Positions 1-10,499 of a DNA stretch of 47,234 bases are shown in pieces (position 1 is the stretch's first letter; every line of letters starts with the position of its first letter). The notes beneath the pieces are model-generated. The model was not told the DNA's origin, ran no database searches, and was given only the letters and a program-made list of their open reading frames with translations. The stretch is from Candidatus Babeliales bacterium (GTDB lineage Bacteria > Babelota > Babeliae > Babelales > JABCYS01): NCBI GenBank assembly GCA_016929235.1, contig JAFGJD010000010.1:1-47234 (forward strand). The letters are read 5' to 3'. A program made the translations under genes and the position numbers.

Positions 1-139
1 ATAAGACAAGCTCATCACGCGGAGGACCACGAAAATAGAACACGTTATACAAGAAGCAAAATCAATTTGTGAACTTGGCGCGATTGATTCAATTAATTAT
101 AATAATCCCATTACTTAATTAATAAACACTAGGCACATC

Positions 140-790
140 ATGAAACGATTTCAGTACAACAAACTATGCCGAGATAAAACACTCGATAGGTTAAAGGCTC
201 AAAACTGTATCCCAAAATACAAAATACTATCAGGTAAAGAATATTTTTGGGAACTCAAGCTTAAGCTTAGAGAAGAATCAGAAGAAGTTATCGAAGCACA
301 AACAAAAGATGAACTCATAAAAGAACTCGCTGATGTGAAAGAAGTATATGAAGCTATTTTATCGGAAACCGATACTTCTGAAAACTCGATAGAGAGGTAT
401 AGACAAGAAAAGACTGTTGAACGTGGCACCTTTAAATCTTTTATATATAGCGAATACGAAATATCATCACAAGAAGAGTATCTTGAGAGAATCTTTGATA
501 TGCTTGTAGAAAAATCAGAAGACGTTATCGAAGTAGAATCAAACAAATTTTCCAAAGACATCCTCATAGAAGAACTCGCTGAAGTAAAAGAAATATACGA
601 AGCTATTTTATCGGAAAACAACGTTTCAGAAAACTCAATCGAGAAATATCGACAAGAAAAAATTGCTGAACGAGGTGCATTTAAATCAAGAATTTATATA
701 GAATATGCAGACATGCCACCATCGGCAGCAATGTATGGCTACTGTTTAAAATGGAAAGATAAATATCCCGAACTGCCAATCGATAAATAA
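140..790 (+). CDS. MazG-like / all-alpha NTP pyrophosphohydrolase (COG4997-type) with an internally duplicated core
   Basis: N-terminal YNKLCRD motif, KLREESEEV...KELADVKEV acidic helices and EKxxERGxF motif; the core occurs twice. Confidence 0.75.
   Translation: MKRFQYNKLCRDKTLDRLKAQNCIPKYKILSGKEYFWELKLKLREESEEVIEAQTKDELIKELADVKEVYEAILSETDTSENSIERYRQEKTVERGTFKSFIYSEYEISSQEEYLERIFDMLVEKSEDVIEVESNKFSKDILIEELAEVKEIYEAILSENNVSENSIEKYRQEKIAERGAFKSRIYIEYADMPPSAAMYGYCLKWKDKYPELPIDK
271..707 (+). repeat. Imperfect ~190-200 bp direct repeat inside the MazG-like gene (approx. 271-458 and 508-707)
   Basis: agaactcgctgatgtgaaagaagtatatgaagctattttatcggaaa vs agaactcgctgaagtaaaagaaatatacgaagctattttatcggaaa; protein YEAILSE..SENSIE.YRQEK in both copies. 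Confidence 0.9.
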
Positions 791-890
791 ATAATATCTC
801 TTCTTCTTTCGCGCATCACAAAGTATGTGTATGTTAAAGCAATAAATGCGAAGGAAGTTATATGTTTATCGATCCAAGATCTTTTAACGA

Positions 891-1508
891 CTACTTTGGT
901 CTCTCGATTTCACGTTCAATCTCATCACGCTGACGTTCATAACGTTCACGATTCCTGCGAACCTCATCTCGTGTCACCATACATCTCGGCTCTAACAATG
1001 TTTTTGAAGAACGTAAATTATTGTTAATTGCATGGACAACCCCGAGAGAATAACACTGAGCACTCTTAGCAAGTACAGCAGTACCAGGCTGCTTCGGCAC
1101 AGAATTCAAAACAGCACGCAACTGTTCACAGTACTGTTTTTCGATGACGGATTGGAAAATCCTACCACCGAGACTGCGATCCCTCCCATGTATTGCAAAA
1201 CCGGGTTCATCAGACCATATCATGACGGCTATTTGCTGCATTCGCCAGCAAACCCTCGTACGAAAAACATCACCCTGAGAACGCAACATCAATTTATGAA
1301 GCAATAGAGACAACTTGATACAGCGAAGCTCAAGCTCAGCTTTTCCATCCATGTCATACTGAAGTTTTGCTTGTACATAATCTTCGATCAGTTGGTCTGT
1401 CTGCTGGGACAATAACTCAAACATCGCATCATTTTCCTCAGGATGCATAGAATTTACAGGCAATGCCCATATCATACAAACAAAGAATGACAAGCATCTC
1501 ATATCCAT
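891..1508 (-). CDS. Hypothetical exported protein with a charged R/E-rich C-terminal helix
   Basis: 205-aa ORF, GGAG RBS, signal-like N-terminus MRCLSFFVCMIWALPVNS. Confidence 0.6.
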   Translation of the reverse strand: MDMRCLSFFVCMIWALPVNSMHPEENDAMFELLSQQTDQLIEDYVQAKLQYDMDGKAELELRCIKLSLLLHKLMLRSQGDVFRTRVCWRMQQIAVMIWSDEPGFAIHGRDRSLGGRIFQSVIEKQYCEQLRAVLNSVPKQPGTAVLAKSAQCYSLGVVHAINNNLRSSKTLLEPRCMVTRDEVRRNRERYERQRDEIEREIERPK

Positions 1509-1707
1509 AACAAGCTCCCGCCATAGAATTCTCTCGTGGAGGTAATTTTACCACATACAAAACAGTTAATAAAAAGCATCTAAGGATAATCCCACGGTGC
1601 TCACTACTCCCTCCCGATTCAAGCGACGTACTATATTACCATTACCTTTTGCACCAAGTTCTACTATACTCACACCACACATGAACGGTTGAGTAGAGTG
1701 CGAGTCT

Positions 1708-2808
1708 ATGTTTATTGATCGTCGTTATTTTCGATACTTTGATTGGCTAAGCTTTGGTATTACGGTACTACTGGCATGCCTAAGTCTATTATTTGTATTT
1801 AGTGCAACATACAGACCGGAACAACCCTATTCCCTCTTTTTCAAAAAACAACTGATTGGATTTTGCACAGGTTTGATTGTGTACTTTGTGTTTGCCTCTA
1901 TTGATTACCGAAGCCTGACCCGATTTGGTTACTTTATGTACTTTGGCGTGCTCATTTTGCTTGCTTTTACGATTATCAAAGGCAGTATCGGCATGGGAGC
2001 TCAGCGCTGGATCAATTTAGGTGTTATTAAGTTCCAACCATCGGAACTCGTAAAACTCTTTCTTCCTGCATTTATCACGTATTATTTTTATACACAAAAA
2101 GATATCCCATCGTTTACATGGAAAGATTTTACAACGCCACTCATCGTGCTCTGCATCAGCACGTTCCTTGTTTTAAAACAACCTGATCTCGGAACTGCTA
2201 TTATTATCTTTGCTCTTGGCATGCTAATGTTCTGGATTGCAGGACTATCACGCTGGTTCTTTATCGGCGGACTCATTCTTTTTCTTGTCTCTGCGCCATT
2301 ATCGTGGAATATGTTGAAAGATTATCAAAAAAAACGCATTGCTGTGTTTCTTGGATACGGTGATAGTAAAAATGAACGATACCAAATAGAACAATCAAAA
2401 ATATCGATTGGATCTGGTGGTTTAACAGGTAAAGGATTTTTACAAGGAACACAAAACAAACTTGCCTTCTTGCCAGAAAGCAGAACTGATTTTATCTTTT
2501 CTGTGGTTGCAGAAGAGTGGGGATTTGTTGGCACATGCATTCTCCTATTACTTTATCTCATACTGTTTATTCATCTGCTGCTTGTGATTCGTGAACTACC
2601 ATTTTTCGAATTATTACTCGCCACAGGTTTGCTAACACACATAGGACTTTCTACACTCATTAATGTTGGTATGGTCATCGGATTACTTCCCATTGTTGGT
2701 ATTCCGTTGCCACTCATGAGCTATGGCATTAGTCACACATGGATCACATTGGCAAGTCTTGGCTGGCTTAACGGAATCATAGTTCGACGTTTTTATATTG
2801 GAACATAA
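1708..2808 (+). CDS. rodA: Rod shape-determining protein RodA (SEDS glycosyltransferase)
   Basis: GAQRWINLG, FQPSELVK, KQPDLGTA, LPESRTDFIF, EEWGF and GIPLPLMSYG motifs; polytopic membrane protein. Confidence 0.93.
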   Translation: MFIDRRYFRYFDWLSFGITVLLACLSLLFVFSATYRPEQPYSLFFKKQLIGFCTGLIVYFVFASIDYRSLTRFGYFMYFGVLILLAFTIIKGSIGMGAQRWINLGVIKFQPSELVKLFLPAFITYYFYTQKDIPSFTWKDFTTPLIVLCISTFLVLKQPDLGTAIIIFALGMLMFWIAGLSRWFFIGGLILFLVSAPLSWNMLKDYQKKRIAVFLGYGDSKNERYQIEQSKISIGSGGLTGKGFLQGTQNKLAFLPESRTDFIFSVVAEEWGFVGTCILLLLYLILFIHLLLVIRELPFFELLLATGLLTHIGLSTLINVGMVIGLLPIVGIPLPLMSYGISHTWITLASLGWLNGIIVRRFYIGT

Positions 2809-2939
2809 ACCAGGAAATTTTATTCTTGATTGCACTGTACCAAATTCGCAAAAGCCTCAGTCACACTTATGCTCAGATACACTTGCGCGCTGGTTGTGTC
2901 AACCAGATATCTTGTGGCGTCCTACGAAAAGAGGATTAC

Positions 2940-3320
2940 TTATTCTGAAACATGAGCACGGGATGACCACGCCCAAGCTGAGAGCGCAACTCCAAAAATG
3001 ATAATGGTCCCGCCCACAAACCGCTTCCAGCGGCTTGGTGTTACTTGTGACTCATCAAGAGCTGCTAGCTCTTCTTCGCTGCGTGCCCTCTTTGCACAGA
3101 GCGCACAGACTAACGCTGTCTCAAAGCCATTCTGGAAACAACACCTGCAGACCTTATGCCCACATCCCAAGGGAACCATCACAGAACCATCAGAAACACA
3201 TGAACCGCAGATGCTGCAGCGATGTGATTGTTCATACATTTTTTCTTCAAACGATACGGGCGAATCGGCAACAAGGCTACAACTTGTCAGAGCCACAATA
3301 AGGAGAAAACGTTTCTGCAT
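2940..3320 (-). CDS. C3HC4 RING-finger protein with signal peptide and C-terminal membrane anchor
   Basis: CSIC-x14-CGH-x2-CRCC-x10-CALC matches the RING-HC spacing; N-term MQKRFLLIVALTSCSLVA; C-term hydrophobic FVGGTIIIFGVALSAWAW. Confidence 0.8.
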   Translation of the reverse strand: MQKRFLLIVALTSCSLVADSPVSFEEKMYEQSHRCSICGSCVSDGSVMVPLGCGHKVCRCCFQNGFETALVCALCAKRARSEEELAALDESQVTPSRWKRFVGGTIIIFGVALSAWAWSSRAHVSE

Positions 3321-3402
3321 AGAAAGAACTTTCCAATACGGTTACGTTACGGTAGTATTCACTAATTGGCACATAGAGTACCACGTCACTAAGCCTAGGG
3401 AA

Positions 3403-4440
3403 ATGATCTCCATTATGGAAGAATTACAATCACTTGATCTTCTTTCACTCAGAGAAACAACCGAAGAAACCTCGCATGATTTCGTTCCTAAAACATTCGA
3501 CGACTACCTAGGCCAAAGCGAACTAAAAAAAAAGCTAAGCGTCTATACAAGAGCTGCGCAAATGCGAAAAGAAGCGCTCGATCACATGCTTATCTTTGGC
3601 CCCCCGGGACTCGGTAAAACAACCCTATCTCAAATCATGGCCCACGTCATGGGCGTGGGTATCAAGATATGTAGTGGTCCCATGTTAGAGCGAACTGGTG
3701 ACCTCGTTGCCCTGCTGTCAGGACTCGAACCACGCGACATTCTTTTTATCGATGAAATTCATAGACTTGCGTCCAATGTAGAAGAGGTCCTGTATAGCGC
3801 TATGGAGCATTTTCGTGTCGATGTCATCATCGGCCAAGGCGCTGGCGCAAAATCAGTTAACCTACCTATCAACCAGTTCACACTTATTGGGGCAACAACC
3901 AAAGCAGGCATGATATCAGCACCACTTCGTAGCAGGTTTGGAATCAGCGAACGCATTGATTTCTATACTCCTGATGAACTACAAGAGATTGTTATACAAA
4001 GTGCCAGGTTTCTCGAGCTTAAGCTATCAAGCGAAGCCGCCTTAATGATCGGCGCCTGTGCTCGCGGCACTCCACGTATTGCTAAAAGGATTCTGCGACG
4101 CGTACGAGATTTCGCACAGGTACAAAACAAACCCAATGCCGATGCAGCGCTTGTTCAAGAAGCTCTTTCATTTCTTGGTATTGATAATGATGGGCTCAGC
4201 AAAGTAGACAACCAATTTCTCAAAACAATCATCAACAACTTCAATGGTGGGCCAGTTGGCTTGGAAACATTGTCATCCCTAATCGGCGAAGATAAAGAGA
4301 CGCTCGAAACAGTATATGAGCCATTCCTTTTGCAAAAGGGTTATCTCGAAAAGACTCCACGAGGTCGACAGATTCCGTACAAAACGTTACCTTATCTACA
4401 AAGAAAATTTTTCGGACAGACAACCGTCTTCCCTTCATAG
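3403..4440 (+). CDS. ruvB: Holliday junction branch migration helicase RuvB (start 3403 or 3415, not 2998)
   Basis: GPPGLGKTT Walker A, LFIDEIHRL Walker B, FTLIGATT, PLRSRFG, RGTPRIA, YEPFLLQ, TPRGR. Confidence 0.96.
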   Translation: MISIMEELQSLDLLSLRETTEETSHDFVPKTFDDYLGQSELKKKLSVYTRAAQMRKEALDHMLIFGPPGLGKTTLSQIMAHVMGVGIKICSGPMLERTGDLVALLSGLEPRDILFIDEIHRLASNVEEVLYSAMEHFRVDVIIGQGAGAKSVNLPINQFTLIGATTKAGMISAPLRSRFGISERIDFYTPDELQEIVIQSARFLELKLSSEAALMIGACARGTPRIAKRILRRVRDFAQVQNKPNADAALVQEALSFLGIDNDGLSKVDNQFLKTIINNFNGGPVGLETLSSLIGEDKETLETVYEPFLLQKGYLEKTPRGRQIPYKTLPYLQRKFFGQTTVFPS

Positions 4441-4449
4441 GAGTCCTCC

Positions 4450-5166
4450 ATGTCAGGACATTCAAAATGGGCAACCATAAAACATAAAAAGGCCGCGCTC
4501 GATGCTAAGCGTGGGAAAAAATTTACAAAGCTGATCAAGGAAATTACTGTAGCTGCCCGTACTGGCGGCGGTGATCCTACCAGCAATGCCCATCTCCGTT
4601 TATTGCTTGAAAAGGCCAAGCAAATCAACATGCCTCAAGATAATGCTAACCGCGCCATCAAACGCGGGACTGGAGAGCTACCCGGAATATCGTATGAACG
4701 ATGCATGTATGAAGGATATGGCCCACACAATATAGCAGTACTTGTTGATGTGTTGACTGACAATAAAAACAAGGCTGTTGCAGAACTCCGTCATTTCTTT
4801 TCCAAGCAAAACGGAACTTTTGCCGAATCAGGCGCTGTTAGCTGGATGTTTGAAAAGCAAGGCGTCCTTAAAGGTCCTGCAACTGACATCACTGAAGACG
4901 AACTCATGGAACAATTGATTGATTACGATGTTAGTGATATCACGATTGATGACGGAACTTACATTGTATACTGTGCGCCAACATCGTTAGATAAAATTCG
5001 GCAAGTGTTGACGCAGCTTGGACGCGCGGTAGAACATGCGGAGCTCGAGTGGGTACCAAAAAATTCTCTATCACTCTCTGATGAGCACGCACAGACGGCC
5101 ATGGACTTTTTGAGTGGCCTTGAAGACTTAGATGACGTGCAAAACGTGTATACAAATCTAGAATAA
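4450..5166 (+). CDS. yebC: YebC/PmpR family protein
   Basis: MSGHSKWATIKHKK, YEGYGP, LTDNKN, LEDLDDVQNVY. Confidence 0.95.
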   Translation: MSGHSKWATIKHKKAALDAKRGKKFTKLIKEITVAARTGGGDPTSNAHLRLLLEKAKQINMPQDNANRAIKRGTGELPGISYERCMYEGYGPHNIAVLVDVLTDNKNKAVAELRHFFSKQNGTFAESGAVSWMFEKQGVLKGPATDITEDELMEQLIDYDVSDITIDDGTYIVYCAPTSLDKIRQVLTQLGRAVEHAELEWVPKNSLSLSDEHAQTAMDFLSGLEDLDDVQNVYTNLE

Positions 5167-5178
5167 TCGAGGAAAAGA

Positions 5179-6072
5179 ATGATCCAAAGTATGACCGGTT
5201 TTGCAACAAAAACCGTAACACTCTCCCTGCCCAATGATGAAACCGTTGATCTGACATTTCAGTTAAAGTCTCTAAACTCACGATTCTTTGAGTGTACATG
5301 TAAACTGCCAGTCGCGCTTTCGTCGATGGAAACCGATCTGATTCAACTTCTCAAAAAACATCTCAAGCGTGGCCATGTGTTCTTTTCAGTTACGGCAAAC
5401 AACCAAACTTTACTGCGCGGGCCGATCCAGCCAAGTATGTCAGTTGCAGAGGCATATATTGATGCAGCAAATGCATTACAAGAAGCGTTTGATATCCCTG
5501 GTGATCTTACTGTATCTACCTTACTACAACTACCCAATGTATTGAGCATCCATGATCAAGGGCTCGATCAGTCAGTGACTGAAAAAATTCAGGATATTAT
5601 TCACGATCTCTTACGCAAGCTCATTGAACGTCGTCAACAAGAAGGCGATGCCATGCTTAAGGACCTCGAAGATCGCCATGCCATCCTTCAAGAAGCGATT
5701 ACTGATATTGAGACCCATGCAGAAAAAATTATGGCAGAGAAAAAAGAGTCTATAGCACATATGCTGCATGAACTGAATAAGAGCGATTCAAAAGAATCAG
5801 ACAATCATCGTTCGACGATGTATTACGAACTTAATAAGGTCGACATCAACGAAGAAATTGTTCGATTCAAAAGTCACCTAAAAACACTTCACAAGGTATT
5901 CTCGTCAGCTCAAGTTGAAAAAGGAAAACATCTCGATTTTATCCTCCAAGAGCTAGCTCGCGAAACAAACACAATTGCAGCAAAAGCATCAAGTGCTCTT
6001 TTAAGTGAACGAGCTGTAACAATAAAAGTTGAGTTAGAAAAAATCCGCGAGCAAACACAAAATATCGTATAG
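5179..6072 (+). CDS. yicC: YicC/YloC family endoribonuclease
   Basis: SMTGFA N-terminus, KSLNSRF, DINEEIVRF, GKHLDFILQELARETNTIAAK, EKIREQTQN. Confidence 0.92.
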   Translation: MIQSMTGFATKTVTLSLPNDETVDLTFQLKSLNSRFFECTCKLPVALSSMETDLIQLLKKHLKRGHVFFSVTANNQTLLRGPIQPSMSVAEAYIDAANALQEAFDIPGDLTVSTLLQLPNVLSIHDQGLDQSVTEKIQDIIHDLLRKLIERRQQEGDAMLKDLEDRHAILQEAITDIETHAEKIMAEKKESIAHMLHELNKSDSKESDNHRSTMYYELNKVDINEEIVRFKSHLKTLHKVFSSAQVEKGKHLDFILQELARETNTIAAKASSALLSERAVTIKVELEKIREQTQNIV

Positions 6073-6073
6073 C

Positions 6074-9000
6074 ATGGATACACAGTTCACCCATCTTCAC
6101 CTTCATACAGAGTTCTCTCTGCTTGATGGTGCCAATCGCTTGGACAAACTTGTCGCACTCGCCAAAGAGCAAGGTCTAAAATCACTTGCCATCACTGACC
6201 ATGGCAACATCTTTGGTGCAGTAAAATTTTTTCAACTGTGTAAAAAAGCGGGAATTAAACCAATCCTTGGCATAGAAGCATATTTCACCGAGGATATCAG
6301 TGTTAAATCAGCACATAACAAGTATTATCATCTCCTGTTACTTGTGCAAAACGAACACGGTTACAAAAATTTGTGCAAGCTTATCGCACACTCATACCAG
6401 GACGGCTTTTACTTTAAACCACGTATCGACTATGCATTACTAAAACAACATTCAGATGGGCTCATTGCGTCGACTGCGTGTCTTGGCGGGCACATTCCAC
6501 AATTACTCAAACAAGGTAATCGTGAACAAGCATTAGAAAAAATAGATTGGTTCATTGACATATTTGGCCAGGATCGATTCTTTCTTGAAGTGCAACCCGC
6601 AAAGATTCCCGATGTTGTCTTTGAACGTAGTGAACAAGCACAAGAACAACATGCATTAAATATGCAATTGCTTGAGTTAGCAAAAGAAAAAAATCTCAAA
6701 GTGATTGCTACCTGTGATTGCCATTATCTAACACGCGAAGACCGCGAAGCACATGAAGTGATGTTGTGTATTCAAACACATCACAAAATAACTGATCCTG
6801 ATCGTTTTTCGTTCGGTGATGCACGCGTACATATGCGCACTGTTGAGGAGATGCTTGCAGCATTTCCTGATAATCCAGAGGTTGTGTGGAATACTGGTTT
6901 TGTTGCCGACCAATGTTCCTTTGAGTTTGAAACTGGCAAACTTTTTTTTCCTGATTTCGCAATTCCAGAAGAACACACACCAGAATCATACTTTACAAAA
7001 TTATGCCAAACAGGTCTGGAGACGTTGATTACCAACGGTCGTATTCCAAAACATAATCTTCAAGCATATCGGGATCGGCTCGATGAAGAGATGAAGCTGA
7101 TCATCAATATGGGATTTGTAGGCTACTTTTTGATCGTAAGTGACTTTATCATGTGGGCACGTCGTAACGACATTCCTGTCGGGCCAGGCAGAGGATCGGC
7201 TGCGGGATCGCTTGTTGCATGGACACTCGAAATCACAAACGTTGACCCAATTGAATACAACCTCCTGTTTGAACGGTTTTTAAATCCTGAACGAATCTCA
7301 ATGCCTGATATCGATATTGATTTTTGTATTGAAGGTCGTGAAAAAGTTATTCAATACATTCGTGATTTTTACGGACACGACAAAGTCTGTCAGATCATCA
7401 CGTTTGGAACCATGATGGCTAAGGGTGTAGTTAAAGATGTTGCCCGTGTCTTAGGGATTCCTTTTGAAGACTCCAATATGATCACGGGTATGATTCCAGA
7501 TCAATTAAAGATCTCATTAAATGAAGCACTCGAACAAGAACCTCGGCTACAAGAATTGATCGATAGTAACCCAACAATTGCAAAACTGTTTGACCTTGCA
7601 AAACGGCTTGAAGGCCTAACACGGCATGCATCAAAGCATGCAGCTGGTATTGTGATCTCACCTGATCCTATTGCAGAAATGTTACCCGTCTATGTTCCAC
7701 CAAAAACAACCGAATTGGTAACTCAGTATGCAATGACAGAACTAGAATCGATTGGATTTTTAAAGATTGATTTGTTGGGATTAAAAAACTTAACACTCAT
7801 CAAAAACGCATTGGCGTTGATTGAAAAAAACTACAATATCCAACTTGATATCGACAAGCTACCGCTTGATGATGAAAAAACATTCCAACTGATCTGTGCA
7901 GGGAATACAACAGGAGTATTCCAATTAGAGTCTGATGGCTTGAAAGAAGTGTTACGCAAATTGCAACCGGAGAAATTCGAGGACATCATTGCAGTCAATG
8001 CATTGTACCGACCAGGACCATTGGGGTCGGGCATGGTTGATGATTTTATCGCTCGTCGACACGGCCGACAAAAGATCACGTATCTATTTCCCGAACTGGA
8101 ACCGGTATTACGCGAAACGTACGGCGTCATTGTGTACCAAGAACAGGTCATGAAAATTGCATCCGCCATTGCGGGATACTCGCTCGGGCAAGCAGATATC
8201 CTACGGAAAGCAATGGGGAAAAAGAAGGTCGAAGTCATGGCACAACAACGCGAACTCTTTTTAAAGGGTTCCGTTGAACGAGGTTTTGATGAAAAGAAGG
8301 CCGGAGAACTGTTTGATTTGATGGCATATTTTGCAGGATATGGTTTCAACAAATCACACTCGACTGCATATGCAACCATTGCATACCAAACAGCATATTT
8401 AAAAGCAAACTACGCACCTGAGTTCATGGCGTGTCTGATCTCTCTTGAAGCAACGCACGCAGAAAAAATGTCCTTCTATCTTCAAGAAGCAAAAGATATG
8501 AATATTCCAATCTTACCGCCATCGATCAATCGTTCACGCATTGATTTTGATGTCGAAACTGGAAAAATTATCTTTGGATTACGTGGCATCAAGAACGTTG
8601 GACTTACAGCACTTGAAAATATTATCGCAGAACGAGATAAAGAACCATTCTTTGATTTATTGGATTTTTGCAAACGAATTGATCTACGAACAGCAAATAA
8701 ACGTGTTATCGAAAGCCTCATTTGTGCTGGAACTTTTGATGATCTGGCAGGAAATCGCGCACAACAGATGAATGAACTCCAACTCATAATCGATCGTGCA
8801 AGCGCACATAAAAAATCTGCCGAGACCGGACAGATGGGTTTATTTGAAATGCCAATACAACAGGCTAACTCGCACATAAAAGAAGCATATGCTTACCAAG
8901 CCTTACCAGAATGGGATAACAAAACCAAGTTGGAAAAAGAACAACAAGTCGTTGGGTTCTATTTAAGCGCGCATCCACTTGATTCGTATAAGCAGTATTT

Positions 9001-9556
9001 TACTTGGTTATCACTTTCATCATTTGCAACCACACTCCAAAAAACACAAACATATATGGGTAACAAGGAGCCAATGGTATGTGGTGGTGGACTACTCAAA
9101 ACATCGCGCACTATCACCACTAAAAAAGGTGATCGCATGGCGTTCATACAATTGGAGGATCAAACCTCCAAGGCTGAGATCGTTCTGTTCCCACGTCTTT
9201 TTAAAAAGGTAGAAGTCTGGCTAACACAGTATCATGTGTTCATTGTCAAAGGTGCTATCGATTTAAGTTCGCCACATTTGTGCAAAATTAAGGCAACGGA
9301 TCTTGTTCCAGCAGAGCTGTTCTTTGAACAGTGGCCATCGATTGAACGGGTCACGTTGACACTTCCTGTGCATAATGTTGCTGGAGCGCTCAAGGAACTC
9401 AGTGACGTTGTTACACCTGGGAAAATTCCACTTTCGCTTCGTTTACAAGAAAATGGCAAAACACTACATATTACAACCAAGAAAAAAATCGCGGTCGACC
9501 AGGCAGCACTAGAGAAGCTGCGCACACATCATATCGCTACACAAATAACCATATAA
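6074..9556 (+). CDS. dnaE: DNA polymerase III alpha subunit
   Basis: PHP motif HLHLHTEFSLLDG, GRGSAAGS, FERFLNPERISMPDIDIDF, YGFNKSHS, C-terminal OB fold. Confidence 0.98.
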   Translation: MDTQFTHLHLHTEFSLLDGANRLDKLVALAKEQGLKSLAITDHGNIFGAVKFFQLCKKAGIKPILGIEAYFTEDISVKSAHNKYYHLLLLVQNEHGYKNLCKLIAHSYQDGFYFKPRIDYALLKQHSDGLIASTACLGGHIPQLLKQGNREQALEKIDWFIDIFGQDRFFLEVQPAKIPDVVFERSEQAQEQHALNMQLLELAKEKNLKVIATCDCHYLTREDREAHEVMLCIQTHHKITDPDRFSFGDARVHMRTVEEMLAAFPDNPEVVWNTGFVADQCSFEFETGKLFFPDFAIPEEHTPESYFTKLCQTGLETLITNGRIPKHNLQAYRDRLDEEMKLIINMGFVGYFLIVSDFIMWARRNDIPVGPGRGSAAGSLVAWTLEITNVDPIEYNLLFERFLNPERISMPDIDIDFCIEGREKVIQYIRDFYGHDKVCQIITFGTMMAKGVVKDVARVLGIPFEDSNMITGMIPDQLKISLNEALEQEPRLQELIDSNPTIAKLFDLAKRLEGLTRHASKHAAGIVISPDPIAEMLPVYVPPKTTELVTQYAMTELESIGFLKIDLLGLKNLTLIKNALALIEKNYNIQLDIDKLPLDDEKTFQLICAGNTTGVFQLESDGLKEVLRKLQPEKFEDIIAVNALYRPGPLGSGMVDDFIARRHGRQKITYLFPELEPVLRETYGVIVYQEQVMKIASAIAGYSLGQADILRKAMGKKKVEVMAQQRELFLKGSVERGFDEKKAGELFDLMAYFAGYGFNKSHSTAYATIAYQTAYLKANYAPEFMACLISLEATHAEKMSFYLQEAKDMNIPILPPSINRSRIDFDVETGKIIFGLRGIKNVGLTALENIIAERDKEPFFDLLDFCKRIDLRTANKRVIESLICAGTFDDLAGNRAQQMNELQLIIDRASAHKKSAETGQMGLFEMPIQQANSHIKEAYAYQALPEWDNKTKLEKEQQVVGFYLSAHPLDSYKQYFTWLSLSSFATTLQKTQTYMGNKEPMVCGGGLLKTSRTITTKKGDRMAFIQLEDQTSKAEIVLFPRLFKKVEVWLTQYHVFIVKGAIDLSSPHLCKIKATDLVPAELFFEQWPSIERVTLTLPVHNVAGALKELSDVVTPGKIPLSLRLQENGKTLHITTKKKIAVDQAALEKLRTHHIATQITI

Positions 9557-9558
9557 TA

Positions 9559-10227
9559 TTAGAGTGCTACATTGCCCTGATGCATGTAGTTGAATGCTTC
9601 TGTGTACAGGGGCTTGTTAACCATCTCGAGCATGGTCAAGAACGTTTGTAACAGTCGTTGTTGTTTGGCAAGCAAATAGGTATCAATCAGTTTAGTAACA
9701 TGTACCATAAGTACTGATGTAATACCTGGTTTTTCTTTGGACCAGTTTTGAATCAGTTCTTGATGCACGGTAGAAAACTTGCTTACAGAATCGGTGCCAT
9801 CGACTTTTTGCAGCAACCATGACACCAATTCAAAGTGATGGTTCTCCATGAGCAGACGCATCAGTCGTTCGGTTGCATGTATTAATCTTGGTTCATTCTG
9901 ACCAGCGCTATAGATCTCAAGCATACGCTCAACCGCTTCTTTATCGACAGGTTCCAACATGACTAAATGTTCATACACAGCGATTGCTTCATTCATGCGA
10001 CCTTGCTTCTGGTACAGAAGTGCAGCGTCAACGTAATGATCAAATGCAGTAACATCTTGAAACGAAAGAAGGATATCTCCCTGCAACTGTTCTACAAATG
10101 CTTTATCATCAAGAGAATGAGCAAGAAGACGGTACATAGCAAGAGCTCGCTCCTTTTCTCCCCGCGATACGAACTCAGCTAATTTGAACCATGCGACTGT
10201 ATATTTTTCAGACAAGAGTTGCTTCAT
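9559..10227 (-). CDS. Hypothetical all-helical (TPR-like) protein
   Basis: 222-aa ORF with AGGAG RBS; TPR-like segments ERALAMYRLL and AALLYQKQGRMNEAIAVYEHL. Confidence 0.65.
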   Translation of the reverse strand: MKQLLSEKYTVAWFKLAEFVSRGEKERALAMYRLLAHSLDDKAFVEQLQGDILLSFQDVTAFDHYVDAALLYQKQGRMNEAIAVYEHLVMLEPVDKEAVERMLEIYSAGQNEPRLIHATERLMRLLMENHHFELVSWLLQKVDGTDSVSKFSTVHQELIQNWSKEKPGITSVLMVHVTKLIDTYLLAKQQRLLQTFLTMLEMVNKPLYTEAFNYMHQGNVAL

Positions 10228-10349
10228 TCTCTCCTGCTCCTCTTCACCTTCCAGACCGCAAAACGATATCAGAAGCTTCCTTTTTCAACCGCTACCGCCC
10301 TACCACCATAGTATAATCAGCCCAAGAAAAAAAGGGATAAGAAAAAAAA

Positions 10350-10424
10350 TGGTGCCGGGGGTCGGAATCGAACCAACGACACAGAGCTCTTCAGGCTCCT
10401 GCTCTACCACTGAGCTACCCCGGC
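10350..10424 (-). tRNA. tRNA-Phe(GAA)
   Basis: Cloverleaf GCCGGGG-TA-GCTCAGTGGTAGAGC-A-GGAGC-CTGAAGA-GCTCT...GTTCGATTC...CCCCGGC-ACCA, CCA encoded. Confidence 0.97.
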
Positions 10425-10499
10425 ACATGCGCAATATACGCAAAAAGATGGACTATAATGGTGCCTTTGTCAATAAAGACACCATACCCTCACGTCCCC

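Noticed and set aside
2998..3402. 135-aa N-terminal extension of RuvB in the ORF track
   Set aside because: It is the antisense shadow of the RING gene 2940-3320; RuvB similarity starts after about 3403-3415
6074..9556. Intein or unusual insertion in DnaE
   Set aside because: Length (1160 aa) is normal; only a short PHP-domain insert and no intein terminal motifs
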